Virus record (IMG/VR): IMGVR_UViG_3300008050_000022
Location: 41,938 to 105,937 of that record
Length of the DNA stretch: 64,000 bases
Direction: 5' to 3' (one strand)
Source of the DNA: a virus
Numbering within the stretch: position 1 is the stretch's first letter; each line of letters starts with the position of its first letter. Positions 27,599-36,856 of the stretch are shown piece by piece. The notes beneath the pieces are model-generated. The model was not told the DNA's origin. It made no database searches and saw only the letters and a program-made list of their open reading frames with translations. The translations under genes and the position numbers were made by a program.

Positions 27599-30396
27599 TA
27601 GAATCGCTCCTTGCTGGTCGGACGGGTTGTCGCCATCACGTCTCCCAGCCGCTGACTCTTCGGCATGCCTCGAGCCGCCCTTCGGAAGGAGCTGGAGACG
27701 GCCTTAGTACTCGAAGCTCCGTCCGCTGTCAGCTCCTTCAACTCTGTGTACCTGCCCTCCATCAGAAGACTGGCCGCACGATCATACCCCTTCTCCTCCA
27801 GAGAGGAGAGCGCTGCCTCAGCCACCTCAGCCGAAGCTGTCGGCAAGGTCGGAGAGTACTGCTTCAGCACGTCATCCGCAGCCGTCCCAGACGCAGTCAG
27901 AGACACCCCAAGCCGCTGGAGAGAGATCGCTACAGACGTGGAGGACCTGTGGGACGCGGAGATGAGGAAGAGCAGCTTCGCCAAGTCCTTAGCAGCGGAC
28001 ACCAGGGAGGCTGACCGCGTGCCGGATCTCAGGGCCTCGACTACTCTTCGCAGCACAGGCTTGTGCCTCGACAACAGGGCGTACCGATCCTCTCGCTGGA
28101 GCACTCGTAGCGCCGCCTGTACACCGACGTACCCCGAGTACCCTGCAGGTAGGATGTCTATCTGGTACGTACCGGGATCATCTAGGGGGGTGGCCACGTC
28201 GAAGTAGGTCCCGCCCGGGTCCACCGATTCAATACTCGTCGTGACTCCATCGGCTAGGCGGATAGAGCACTCGGCCGTAACTCCCAACAGTCGAAGATCC
28301 TGCACCTTCGACTTGGTGTCCCCCTTCTTAGTGCCCGTGATCTGGAATCGAGAGGACTTCGACAACACGGACGTGTCGCTAGGAATCCCTAGAGGGGTGT
28401 GGGCGGTGCCTGTGCCGAGGTTGATCGAGTTCCCTTCCAGGGCTTTGGAAACCACCTTCAACACGGTTCGCGCCAGTTCCACCTCCATCAAGATCCCGGC
28501 ACCAGGCACATCACCTGCCAGCTGAGTCACCCCGTACTCCGTAGGGGAAGTCACAGAGGTCACGACGAAGCTGCCCTTGCTGCCAGCCTTCGCGATGTCT
28601 CCTGCTTGCACTGGAGATGATGGAGCTTCGTACAAGTACAGCACTCCTGCAGACACGGAAGCTTCCCCAGTGAACAACACGGTTTCGACAGTGGATATGG
28701 CGGCCCACGTGCCGATGGCTGCCTCGAGTTCCATCACTACTTCCGAGATCGGGTAGTAGTTCCCGGACACCTGCCCCTTACCGAACCCGAGCTCCGTTCC
28801 CGCGCTGTCGTCCTCGAACTTGGCCCCCAATCCCACATCTCCCCACAGGAAGGGGATCGGGAGGGCAAGAGCTTGGAAGGGCGGGGGAGGCAGGAGAGCC
28901 GTAGACGTGTCCGACAAGGTCAAGACGTTGGAGATGCTCAACGACGTCGAGGACACCACGAGGACGTCTCCGTCAGCAGCAAAGGTGAAGTCTGCTCCCA
29001 GACCTCCGCCCTCCAACTCCGTGATGAGGGAGGCCATGTCTGAGAAGAGGCCGCCTACCGCATTGAAGGTGTGCGTGAACTCGGCAACCCCGCTCTCATC
29101 CTGCAGCCGCAGAACCAGCGTCAGGCCTCCTGCGGGAATGAGCAGCGGTATTGTGAACGGCATGGAGTCCGTTCGCAGTACGGCCGGCTGAGCCGTCAGC
29201 CCAGACGAGGGGAGGCCTATCTCTCCCGGACCCTTCAAGTACAGTCGATCGTGCTTGATCAGAGCCTCATACCCAAGAGGGTCGAGGAAGGAATCTAGTT
29301 CTGCCACCACCTGAGCAGCTGTTCTCGACCCTACGGTCAGCGGAGCTGTGTAAGTGGTGTCTGCGATCCGCACTAGTAGGTGAGGAACTGTGACCGTGTA
29401 AGGATCGGTCGCCAGTTCGGCAGACTTCAGAAAGTGCTGTCCTGAGCCTGTCAGCACCACCGGACCGGCCCCAGGTCCATTGTCGATCTGGATCTCGGCA
29501 TCTACCGGGAAGGAGACGGGCTGCTGAGTACCTGTGAACTCCGCCGGGGTCATTGGTGGTAGTGCGTCAACGACGAGCTTAGACCCCGCAGGGAAGGCCG
29601 CTCTGCTGGAGTGGTGGGACAAGCCTCGAAGAACGTGGCCTGTGGGGTGCCGAGCGCTACTCAATGCGTCTACGGCTGCCTCAGGAGCTAGCAGCGTGAC
29701 CAGGCTGTCCTGGGCAGACCCGCTGAGTGTTCCCTCATCTGCCGCCCTACTGACCTTGGTGAGCATGTCCTGAGCACGCTGCAGAAGGAGGGGAGACAGG
29801 TAGGTCCTGATCGCAACGGGATCGAAGGAGGTGCTCGCCTCCAGGAAGCTGGTCAGTCGGCGATGTAGCCGAGGCAGCGACTTCTCGAGCCGCTCCAGCT
29901 CCTCAACTGCATCCTGGAGAGCCTCAGGTCGAGCCCGTCCCGTACTGCCGCTAGCTGCCCCTCGCAGGTCTGGGAGCAGCGCAGCCTTGGCGTACCGACG
30001 TGCGCCATTCAGCGCAGTACGAACCCTCTCCACCTCCCGCACGTCGGCAATAGTGCCCAGGTCCAACGAAGTCTGCAGCTTCGCCGTGGCCGTAGTCAGC
30101 TGGGTAGAGGCACTTGCCCTACTGCGTTCTAGGGAATCGGCTAGATCAACGAGAAGCTGCTCCAGATCAGTGGCTAGGGAGGCGAGATCCTGAAGTATGA
30201 CATTCCGCTGCAGGAGCAGCAGGTGAAAGAACGCTCCGGGCTCCAGCAACAGCCCAGTCAACAACGCTTCCAGGACTCTCGAGAACTGTGTGTGCTCCTT
30301 CCGTGTTCCCGCTAGGGACTTCTGAAAGGAGTTTGGTCGCTGGATCGCTTGAGACGCTCGAGCTCGGAGGGTTTCGGCGTTGAGGGGCTTGGACAT
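27598..30396 (-). CDS. Large putative structural protein (helical termini, beta-rich core)
   Basis: 932-aa ORF with AGAAGG SD; located in the baseplate region. Confidence 0.7.
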   Translation of the reverse strand: MSKPLNAETLRARASQAIQRPNSFQKSLAGTRKEHTQFSRVLEALLTGLLLEPGAFFHLLLLQRNVILQDLASLATDLEQLLVDLADSLERSRASASTQLTTATAKLQTSLDLGTIADVREVERVRTALNGARRYAKAALLPDLRGAASGSTGRARPEALQDAVEELERLEKSLPRLHRRLTSFLEASTSFDPVAIRTYLSPLLLQRAQDMLTKVSRAADEGTLSGSAQDSLVTLLAPEAAVDALSSARHPTGHVLRGLSHHSSRAAFPAGSKLVVDALPPMTPAEFTGTQQPVSFPVDAEIQIDNGPGAGPVVLTGSGQHFLKSAELATDPYTVTVPHLLVRIADTTYTAPLTVGSRTAAQVVAELDSFLDPLGYEALIKHDRLYLKGPGEIGLPSSGLTAQPAVLRTDSMPFTIPLLIPAGGLTLVLRLQDESGVAEFTHTFNAVGGLFSDMASLITELEGGGLGADFTFAADGDVLVVSSTSLSISNVLTLSDTSTALLPPPPFQALALPIPFLWGDVGLGAKFEDDSAGTELGFGKGQVSGNYYPISEVVMELEAAIGTWAAISTVETVLFTGEASVSAGVLYLYEAPSSPVQAGDIAKAGSKGSFVVTSVTSPTEYGVTQLAGDVPGAGILMEVELARTVLKVVSKALEGNSINLGTGTAHTPLGIPSDTSVLSKSSRFQITGTKKGDTKSKVQDLRLLGVTAECSIRLADGVTTSIESVDPGGTYFDVATPLDDPGTYQIDILPAGYSGYVGVQAALRVLQREDRYALLSRHKPVLRRVVEALRSGTRSASLVSAAKDLAKLLFLISASHRSSTSVAISLQRLGVSLTASGTAADDVLKQYSPTLPTASAEVAEAALSSLEEKGYDRAASLLMEGRYTELKELTADGASSTKAVSSSFRRAARGMPKSQRLGDVMATTRPTSKERF

Positions 30397-30697
30397 TCCT
30401 TCTTCTACTCCCCTCCAGCTTCATCTGCCGAAGCTCGTCTTTGGAGAGTCTCAGAGCTGCTGCCCTGATCTTCTCCGGAGGCATGTCTAACATCGCGCAC
30501 AAGGCAAGAAAGGAGTTCTCTCTTCCCGAGATGTCCTCGAACAGCCACCACTCCGCGCTGTAGAACAGCCTTCTATTAGACCGCCCAGTAGCGCCCTTGT
30601 TGTACACGTAATCGACCAGAGCTTGGAGGATGACGCAAATCCACATGTTGCGGCACGGCCCCGCATCCGAGGGGACAAGGTAGTCGTCCTCCATCAC
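30167..30697 (-). CDS. Conserved-type helical hypothetical (possible regulator)
   Basis: MW..VILQALVDY...AEWWLF....SFLALC.MLD..PEKIR pattern. The last ~75 codons overlap the next gene. Confidence 0.65.
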   Translation of the reverse strand: MMEDDYLVPSDAGPCRNMWICVILQALVDYVYNKGATGRSNRRLFYSAEWWLFEDISGRENSFLALCAMLDMPPEKIRAAALRLSKDELRQMKLEGSRRRNVQAPQRRNPPSSSVSSDPATKLLSEVPSGNTEGAHTVLESPGSVVDWAVAGARSVLSPAAPAAECHTSGSRLPSH

Positions 30698-31590
30698 GTC
30701 ACAGTCACTGCGACCGGAGTCACTGTGAGAACTGTGGCGGGTACTCGAGGAAGTGCGACCCCTGCCCGAATCGTCGCAGTAATCGTAGTATTGCCTGCAG
30801 CTACGCCGTGAGCAATGAAGCTACCTGCTGACGGAGTGACCGTAGCTATGGCCTCATTCGCCGACTCGATGTCGATGTACTGCGACCACGCAGGATCGGT
30901 TGTGCCTGTCAGTACTCTCCCGTCCGACATGGTGAGGGCCACGGCCACGGCAGCAGCGTCTGCATCAGCTGCCACACTGATCGCGGTCGCGGGAGTGAAC
31001 GTCACTGATGCTGGCACAGGGAAGAGGAGATCTACCAGGTTCTGATTGGTCAGAGCCGGGATCGCTACGTCGAAGGAACGGTCCATGTAGCCTTCAAGGC
31101 TTACATCGAACTCTGCCCCTCTGGGAAGGTCCACCTGCACATACCCGTTGCTATCGGTGATCAGTTGCTCAGGCTGCTGACCTAGTCCCACAGCGACTGG
31201 GTACATGCCCACAGGGTCCATCTTCGGTGCCAGGCGGATGTACTGATCTGCGAGGGGTCGACCGGAAGCGGTGCGGAAGAAGGCCCAGCACCTGCACATG
31301 TTGGGATTGGAGGCGACAGGGATCGTAAACGTAGCGGCCGTGAACTGCCATGCATTCGCCGGCGGAGGAGTCCGTACGTTGATCTGCTGAGGAGAAGTCA
31401 CCGAGGCCAGGATGTGCTCTCCGTAGAAGCGGAGTTGGTATCGGCCCGCTACTTCATCGAAGGCTGCGTCACCTAGGGCGTCGGTCATCCCTGAGTCCAG
31501 CAGGACAGTGTTCGCTTCGTTGTAAATCTGTACGACCATGCCCTGGACGGGGACTGCATTGGCGTCCACCACGTTGACTGCGATGATCAT
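30694..31590 (-). CDS. Ig-like/prealbumin-fold virion protein
   Basis: ATGA overlap at 31590; GMTDALG.A.F, TDSNGYVQVDL, C-terminal Big-like SANEAIATV...GVAAGNTTITAT. Confidence 0.7.
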   Translation of the reverse strand: MIIAVNVVDANAVPVQGMVVQIYNEANTVLLDSGMTDALGDAAFDEVAGRYQLRFYGEHILASVTSPQQINVRTPPPANAWQFTAATFTIPVASNPNMCRCWAFFRTASGRPLADQYIRLAPKMDPVGMYPVAVGLGQQPEQLITDSNGYVQVDLPRGAEFDVSLEGYMDRSFDVAIPALTNQNLVDLLFPVPASVTFTPATAISVAADADAAAVAVALTMSDGRVLTGTTDPAWSQYIDIESANEAIATVTPSAGSFIAHGVAAGNTTITATIRAGVALPRVPATVLTVTPVAVTVT

Positions 31591-31985
31591 CGGTGTTCTC
31601 CCGACAGTGCTAGCGTATCGACCAAGTAGCAGAAGCCGGCAGAGATCAAGCACCAACTGCCCACAGCTAACCACTGAGAGTAGTCGTTAATCTCTACGTA
31701 AAGAAGCCTGTGATCGGCGGTCTTCCAGATCAAGAGCCAGCTCACCCACCCCGCATGGAAACCCATGCAGTACGGGCAGGTGAAGAGCTGACCGAAGAAC
31801 TCCCGGAGAAATTTCTTGATGCGTGAGTCCGAGACGGGCTCCAGGTACGGCTCACCCTCCTCGTCCAGCTCGATCTTCGTGCCCGCTTGTAGCAACCAGG
31901 TGACTGGGGGCACCTGCGACAGCTTGTTCATGGCCCCGTAGCAAAGGCCGTAAGCAAGCAGAAGGGCGATCAAGTAAAGGGACAC
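31587..31985 (-). CDS. DUF1360-like membrane protein
   Basis: Hydrophobic segments flanking LFTCPYCMGFHAGW. Confidence 0.7.
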   Translation of the reverse strand: MSLYLIALLLAYGLCYGAMNKLSQVPPVTWLLQAGTKIELDEEGEPYLEPVSDSRIKKFLREFFGQLFTCPYCMGFHAGWVSWLLIWKTADHRLLYVEINDYSQWLAVGSWCLISAGFCYLVDTLALSGEHR

Positions 31986-32034
31986 GCGGGAATCCTACAC
32001 GAAGACGTGTCCGTACGAGGTTGGTAGAGTGAGG

Positions 32035-32790
32035 CTAGTCCTGAGGGTAGACGGTCAGGGGGCGCGTGATGCCCACCTCTCTGTAGTAGTCCAGAGCAGG
32101 CAGCTCGAACCCCTCGGGAGCCGTGCCGTTCTTCACCGCTTCCTTGTCCGTCAGGAAGGCGTCCAGGATCTCCAAGGAGTTCGCGGTCCTGCTGATCTGC
32201 TCGACCTGCTCGACCACGACGACCTGCATCTGCTCCATCACCGCCTGCATGTCCCCCTCGGCCCTCATGACGGTCTCGAGGTTCTGCTGGTCCATCAAGG
32301 TCAGGTCGGACTCCCGGTACTCGGGCCGTACCTCGAAGCCTCGCTCTGCGAAATAGGCCGCCAGGTCGGCATCCCCGAAGTCGAATCCGTGACGAGCGAA
32401 CACGGTGTTGCGGAGATAGCGGAGCTCTTCATCGTTCAGACCGGCCAGGTCCTCAGCTGACACCTCGAGCCCTGCCTTGATCAGCTCGTCGGCCCGGACC
32501 GGGGCTGCGTCTAGATCTGCTAGAAGCGGGACGTCTTCGACCAGTGGCAGGTCTGCCATCGGGTCAGCGTCGACCCACTGCGCCTCTGCCGGGATGCACC
32601 CGTTGAGCACCGTCATGGTGCCTAGAGCGATGATGAACAGGTAGCCTGCCAGCAGGAAACCGGTAGCCACGGGGTGTCGCATGATGAGGTTCATGCGAGG
32701 GGGCAGAACAGTATCCATGCCGACCTCTGCTTCCGGCGCCTGCTGCTCCCGCTGAAGATGTACTTCGTCTACGAGAGCCAGGTGTGGCAC
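32035..32790 (-). CDS. Membrane-anchored YARHG-domain protein
   Basis: TM segment ending VLNGC; L.GL..EELRYLRNTVFARHGFDF.D.DL.AYF...LT..DQQN. Confidence 0.85.
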   Translation of the reverse strand: MPHLALVDEVHLQREQQAPEAEVGMDTVLPPRMNLIMRHPVATGFLLAGYLFIIALGTMTVLNGCIPAEAQWVDADPMADLPLVEDVPLLADLDAAPVRADELIKAGLEVSAEDLAGLNDEELRYLRNTVFARHGFDFGDADLAAYFAERGFEVRPEYRESDLTLMDQQNLETVMRAEGDMQAVMEQMQVVVVEQVEQISRTANSLEILDAFLTDKEAVKNGTAPEGFELPALDYYREVGITRPLTVYPQD

Positions 32791-32792
32791 GG

Positions 32793-33086
32793 CTACTCCG
32801 CCCCAGCCAGGCGGAGAAGCGATCCCTCCACACGAGTCATCGTCTCGCCGATCTTCTTCAGCTCAGCACGCAGCTCTACGAGGCTGATGTCTCGCTCGTG
32901 CTTGACTGCCTCGAGGACTACTACCCGGGCCTCTAGCTTGACCGCTTTGGTCTGCTCGGCGGCGAAGTCTCGCTGTAGATCGTGGAACGCCAAATAGCCG
33001 CTCAAGACGATGGGCAACAATCCGATGATGTACCAGCCGATCTTGCCGGCCCAGCTGGGAATCTTGATCGTAGTCGGCTCGGACAT
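32793..33086 (-). CDS. N-terminal TM + coiled-coil protein
   Basis: GGAGG SD before ATG 33086; WYIIGLLPIVLSGYLAF followed by heptads. Confidence 0.7.
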   Translation of the reverse strand: MSEPTTIKIPSWAGKIGWYIIGLLPIVLSGYLAFHDLQRDFAAEQTKAVKLEARVVVLEAVKHERDISLVELRAELKKIGETMTRVEGSLLRLAGAE

Positions 33087-33087
33087 C

Positions 33088-33477
33088 TCAGCCTCCCTTG
33101 AGCAGCACGGCTGCAGCTGCCGTAAGGATTGCTCCCACAGTACCGCCCGCAACTAGTCTGGAAAACCACTTTTGCCAATCGGCCTGCTGCTCTAGGCGAT
33201 CTAGGCGGGTGGGTAGGTCCTGTTTTTCGGCGGCCTCTGCTGCCTTCTTGAGGGCAGCGACAGCTCCTACCAGGCCGACTTCCCCGTTGCCCAGCAGAAT
33301 CTTCCTCACGGACGCTGCGTCAGTCGCTCCCTGCTTCGAAAGTGCTTTGACTTCTGCGAGCTCTCGGGGTAGCGCACGAATGTCCTTCAGTTCTGGGGCG
33401 GACAAGGAATGTCCACTGTCTTGCTGCTCCCTGACCGCCTCCAGAAGGGAGATAATTCGTTCCTCGGACTCGGTCAT
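33088..33477 (-). CDS. Coiled-coil + C-terminal TM protein (holin/XhlA-like architecture)
   Basis: L.GNG..GL...V..L..RLDRLEQ...W..RLVAGGTVGAILTAAAAVLL. Confidence 0.65.
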   Translation of the reverse strand: MTESEERIISLLEAVREQQDSGHSLSAPELKDIRALPRELAEVKALSKQGATDAASVRKILLGNGEVGLVGAVAALKKAAEAAEKQDLPTRLDRLEQQADWQKWFSRLVAGGTVGAILTAAAAVLLKGG

Positions 33478-33561
33478 CCTGTCCCCGTGAGTAGTCCCCG
33501 GATTGCCTACGTGCGTGCGACCAAATGATGGACGGCTGAGCCGTCTAGGGCAATCACGAAG

Positions 33562-33990
33562 TCAGGGGGTGAAGCGAGGGGTGTCTACTGGGACTATTCG
33601 GGCAACCGTGAACTGGTCCTGAGCTGCCCCAACCAGGTCCAGGAGATCCGCAGAATGTGCGTTGGGGACGGTGATTCTTCTGGTGATGCCAGTGCCCGTC
33701 AGAGTTACCTCAAAGGTGCTGCCCCGCAGAAGGAAGATTTCCGCCTCACCTCGAGCATCTGTGACTGTGGCTACTCGCCCGCCAGACAAGAAGGCCAGGC
33801 CCCCAACTCCGAGGTGCTGAAGGTTCCCCAGGGTACTGTCGAAGGCGATTGTCCTGCCCACCGCAGGCTGACCATCTCCGCCCAGCCACCGAACGAACAC
33901 ACGGCATAGCTCCTCCCTAGGGGCCCGAGCAGAGCTGCGAGCGCCTAGGACCAGGCCGTTGAGTGCGTAGCCGGTGTAGCTCGGCATCAA
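33562..33990 (-). CDS. Putative virion protein, paralogous to the middle domain of 30694-31590
   Basis: Shared CR.......G.P...TD..G.....L.RG..F.V.L.G.......P......L.DL pattern. Confidence 0.65.
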   Translation of the reverse strand: MMPSYTGYALNGLVLGARSSARAPREELCRVFVRWLGGDGQPAVGRTIAFDSTLGNLQHLGVGGLAFLSGGRVATVTDARGEAEIFLLRGSTFEVTLTGTGITRRITVPNAHSADLLDLVGAAQDQFTVARIVPVDTPRFTP

Positions 33991-35027
33991 GTCACCTCGA
34001 GCGCTACGAAGTCCGAACTGTCAGCGAAGACTCTCAGAACCGTCGTCCCGAGCGTGATGTCGTCCAGAGCGATGAGAGTCCCGGTTGGCACACGTCGAAA
34101 CCGCTGCAAGGTGCCGACTAGCTGCCTTACCCCCGCCGTGCCGTTGTAGACGAAGATGTCGGAGACGGGCACCGAGCCGTAGTCATCACTCGGGAGGACC
34201 GACGTACCGAGCAGGTCGATCAGGGAAGTCCACAGCAGGACGTGGTTGAGTGCTCCCAAATACGCATCCGTGCTGTGCAGGGCATGCGGGACTGCATCCT
34301 CCAGCACCCCACCAGAGTCTCCCCAGAGGATCACGGGCTGAGGATCGACTGCCACTAGCGCCAGCGTGTCGTATGTCTCTGCCAGAGCGACGACCAGGTT
34401 GATCTCGCGATCAGGGATGTTGACCGAGGCGACCTGCACCCTCTCCACGTTCGCCGGCCCGTTGGCGTTCTGGTTCACTACCCAGAGGTACTGACCTGCC
34501 TCCAGGTTCGTGAAGTCCGTTCCAGCTCGGAAGTACAGCCGGGTAGAGGCCGTGGTGTTCGTCCCCGTCTTCGGGCCGTCTAGGAGACCGAAGAAGTCTC
34601 GCTGGGCAGGGATGGCTGGAGGTAGGGCTCCGAAGTAGCCCTTGTTGTAGTCCGCCCCTACCAGACAGCAGATCGCGACGCCGTCAGCGTCAGCGTTGAG
34701 CCACCCCGTCATCGCCCCGTTGGTTAGCTGGATGCACGATCCGCCGACCAGGTCACCAACCTCGTTGTACCCGGTGCCTGCGGACCAGTACGAGTACGCA
34801 CGGAAGTCGATCTTCTCTCCGGCCGAGTCGTGCGTAGCCCTAAGCCACAGCCCCTTACGCTGATCAGAGCCAGCGCTGTAGTACACGCGATCCTGCGCTC
34901 CCAGGGCCGCACTGACCTCTTGGGCGAGGGTCCAGCCCGCTGCTAGAAGAGCTTGGCGAAGTCCGTTCGCGGAGTCGATCAGATCATCGATGTCCGCAAA
35001 GGCCTGATTGGTAACGATCGCGGGCAT
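33987..35027 (-). CDS. Putative virion structural protein
   Basis: 346-aa beta-rich ORF in the late operon. Confidence 0.65.
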   Translation of the reverse strand: MPAIVTNQAFADIDDLIDSANGLRQALLAAGWTLAQEVSAALGAQDRVYYSAGSDQRKGLWLRATHDSAGEKIDFRAYSYWSAGTGYNEVGDLVGGSCIQLTNGAMTGWLNADADGVAICCLVGADYNKGYFGALPPAIPAQRDFFGLLDGPKTGTNTTASTRLYFRAGTDFTNLEAGQYLWVVNQNANGPANVERVQVASVNIPDREINLVVALAETYDTLALVAVDPQPVILWGDSGGVLEDAVPHALHSTDAYLGALNHVLLWTSLIDLLGTSVLPSDDYGSVPVSDIFVYNGTAGVRQLVGTLQRFRRVPTGTLIALDDITLGTTVLRVFADSSDFVALEVT

Positions 35028-35030
35028 GCA

Positions 35031-35345
35031 TCACGCCGATCTAACCACCCGCACCAGCACCTTGCGCTCGGCGTCGTACGAGTAGCTACGGACAGCCGTT
35101 TCCGGATCTGCCAGGTTCATGTCGTCCAGAGCCGTCCGCATCAGCTCGAGCTGAGCACGGGCGCTCTCTGCTACTTCTCTCTGGCAGTCTCGCAGATGGC
35201 CTCGGGCCAGGTCCACGCGTAGTGCAGCGTTCTCGATTCGGAGCTGCGTGAGCTCGTCCAGGGGGATGATGGGAGGTAGCTCCGTCGTCCGGGCTACTAC
35301 AGCCTCTTCTACCTGGGCATCTACGCTCTTCTTCGCTGCGGTCAT
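35031..35345 (-). CDS. Hypothetical coiled-coil protein
   Basis: AGGAG SD; operon position. Confidence 0.65.
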   Translation of the reverse strand: MTAAKKSVDAQVEEAVVARTTELPPIIPLDELTQLRIENAALRVDLARGHLRDCQREVAESARAQLELMRTALDDMNLADPETAVRSYSYDAERKVLVRVVRSA

Positions 35346-35347
35346 CG

Positions 35348-35545
35348 TTACTCCTGTAGGAAGGTCTCTAGCTTGTCCACCAAGAAGATCTCGGCGGTTT
35401 GGGCATTCAGCCGGCGCAGTGTACTCGACCCCGACCTGCCTTCGAGCACGGCCTTCAAGAACTTGACCTCGTTGTTCACGCGGTCACGCTCTTTATCGAT
35501 CCACTCTCGAGCGGACGATTCTAGGTCGTCTAGGCTAGATGCCAC
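35348..35545 (-). CDS. Small hypothetical protein downstream of the sigma factor
   Basis: GGGAG SD; overlaps the sigma stop codon. Confidence 0.6.
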   Translation of the reverse strand: MASSLDDLESSAREWIDKERDRVNNEVKFLKAVLEGRSGSSTLRRLNAQTAEIFLVDKLETFLQE

Positions 35546-36326
35546 CGCCGTACTCCCGGAACTTCTTCTCTACTTTGTTCTTTATACGGGAGACAGTGGG
35601 GGCCGACACGCCAATCCTCTTAGCAATCTCACCGGTTCCCAGCGTGGGCTTACCGTTGAGACCGAGCGAGTACTCGAGGACAGTGTACTCACGGGGAGCC
35701 AGCTCGTACTTGATCAGCCGAATGATCTCCAAGTCCTTGGGAGGGATCATGGAGGAAGGATTTGAGAGCTCTACTGCTCCCTCGTAGCCTGACGTCAGGA
35801 GATCCCTCCGCATCTCCAACTGCATGCGGTTCACCTCTGCAGGCGCCCACTGCAGCTTGTCCGAGATCTCCATGGAAGTGGGCTCTCGACCGAAGTCCTC
35901 AGACAGCTGACTCAGCGCCCCCTTGTACTCCGTGATCTTGTTGATCCGCTTCTCGGGAATCGCTCCGACGTTCTGGTACTTCTTGATGAAGCGGCCGGAC
36001 TTTCGAAGAAGTCCGTAGACGTGAGTGCTGAGCGCAGCAGGCTTGCCGGACTTCTTACCGACGTAGTTCGGATCGTAGGTACGGAAGGCGTTGAGCAGCT
36101 GCTGGTTCACCTCCGCCTCGATCACGGGGGTAGGCAAGGGCACCCGTCCAGAGAACTTCCTAACCTGACTCTGTGCCAGGTTCTGGAAGGAGGCTACGAG
36201 GGGTTCCAGCTTGACCGGATCCTCTCCCGATGCCTTCCACTGGTTCCACATCTCCATCTCTGCCTGCCGACGGGCAGACAAGCCGGGCCTCTTGGCGGCC
36301 AGCTTGTGGAGGATGTCCTCGTCCAT
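35535..36326 (-). CDS. Sigma-70 family (group 3, FliA/SigF-like) RNA polymerase sigma factor
   Basis: W..WK..G....LE.LV; region 2 LLNAFRTYDP....LSTHV; region 3 L...FGREPTSMEISDKL.W...EV; region 4 L.PRE..VL...GL.G......EIAKRIGVS..TVSRI. Confidence 0.9.
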   Translation of the reverse strand: MDEDILHKLAAKRPGLSARRQAEMEMWNQWKASGEDPVKLEPLVASFQNLAQSQVRKFSGRVPLPTPVIEAEVNQQLLNAFRTYDPNYVGKKSGKPAALSTHVYGLLRKSGRFIKKYQNVGAIPEKRINKITEYKGALSQLSEDFGREPTSMEISDKLQWAPAEVNRMQLEMRRDLLTSGYEGAVELSNPSSMIPPKDLEIIRLIKYELAPREYTVLEYSLGLNGKPTLGTGEIAKRIGVSAPTVSRIKNKVEKKFREYGGGI

Positions 36327-36856
36327 TACCTGAAGCCGGGGTTAGGGAGCGGTACCGTAGTGGCTTGAGCGTTAGAGGGAGGGGTAGGTACTCCAGATCT
36401 ACCAGCGTTGAACCTGAACGCCGACTGATCCGCCTTCAAGGAGCTTTTAGCCGCCGTCAGGGTGCTAGGAGGAGAGAAGGCGGGGCGCTTGATCTTCGCC
36501 AGACCGTTCCTACGGAGATCGACTCCAATGTCTGCCGCAGTCTTCTCAGCCGACTCGCGGTAGTTCTTCAGGACGCCCTTGTACCCCCGGCGGGTGGACA
36601 GCTCTTCCAGGTACTTGTCCCCTGCAGCGACAGCCCCTCCGATAGCCGCCCCTGCAAGGTGGTGCTTACGGCCAGGGTTCTTGGCCCCGAAGCTGGCCAG
36701 CATGCCTCCCGGGATGGCCCCGATCACTCCTCGATGAGCGTACGGGCGCGCAGAGTCGATCTTTCGCAAGACCCTCTTCTTCCGCTCACGCGACTTCGCG
36801 TTCTCTGCCAACTTCAGCAGCTCGAGTCCGAATGCCTGGTAGACGAGGTGGTTCAT
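36326..36856 (-). CDS. Basic glycine-zipper protein with AFGxExxKLA leader (candidate internal head protein)
   Basis: MNHLVYQAFGLELLKLA, internal EKTAA, Gly/Ala hydrophobic segments. Confidence 0.7.
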   Translation of the reverse strand: MNHLVYQAFGLELLKLAENAKSRERKKRVLRKIDSARPYAHRGVIGAIPGGMLASFGAKNPGRKHHLAGAAIGGAVAAGDKYLEELSTRRGYKGVLKNYRESAEKTAADIGVDLRRNGLAKIKRPAFSPPSTLTAAKSSLKADQSAFRFNAGRSGVPTPPSNAQATTVPLPNPGFR

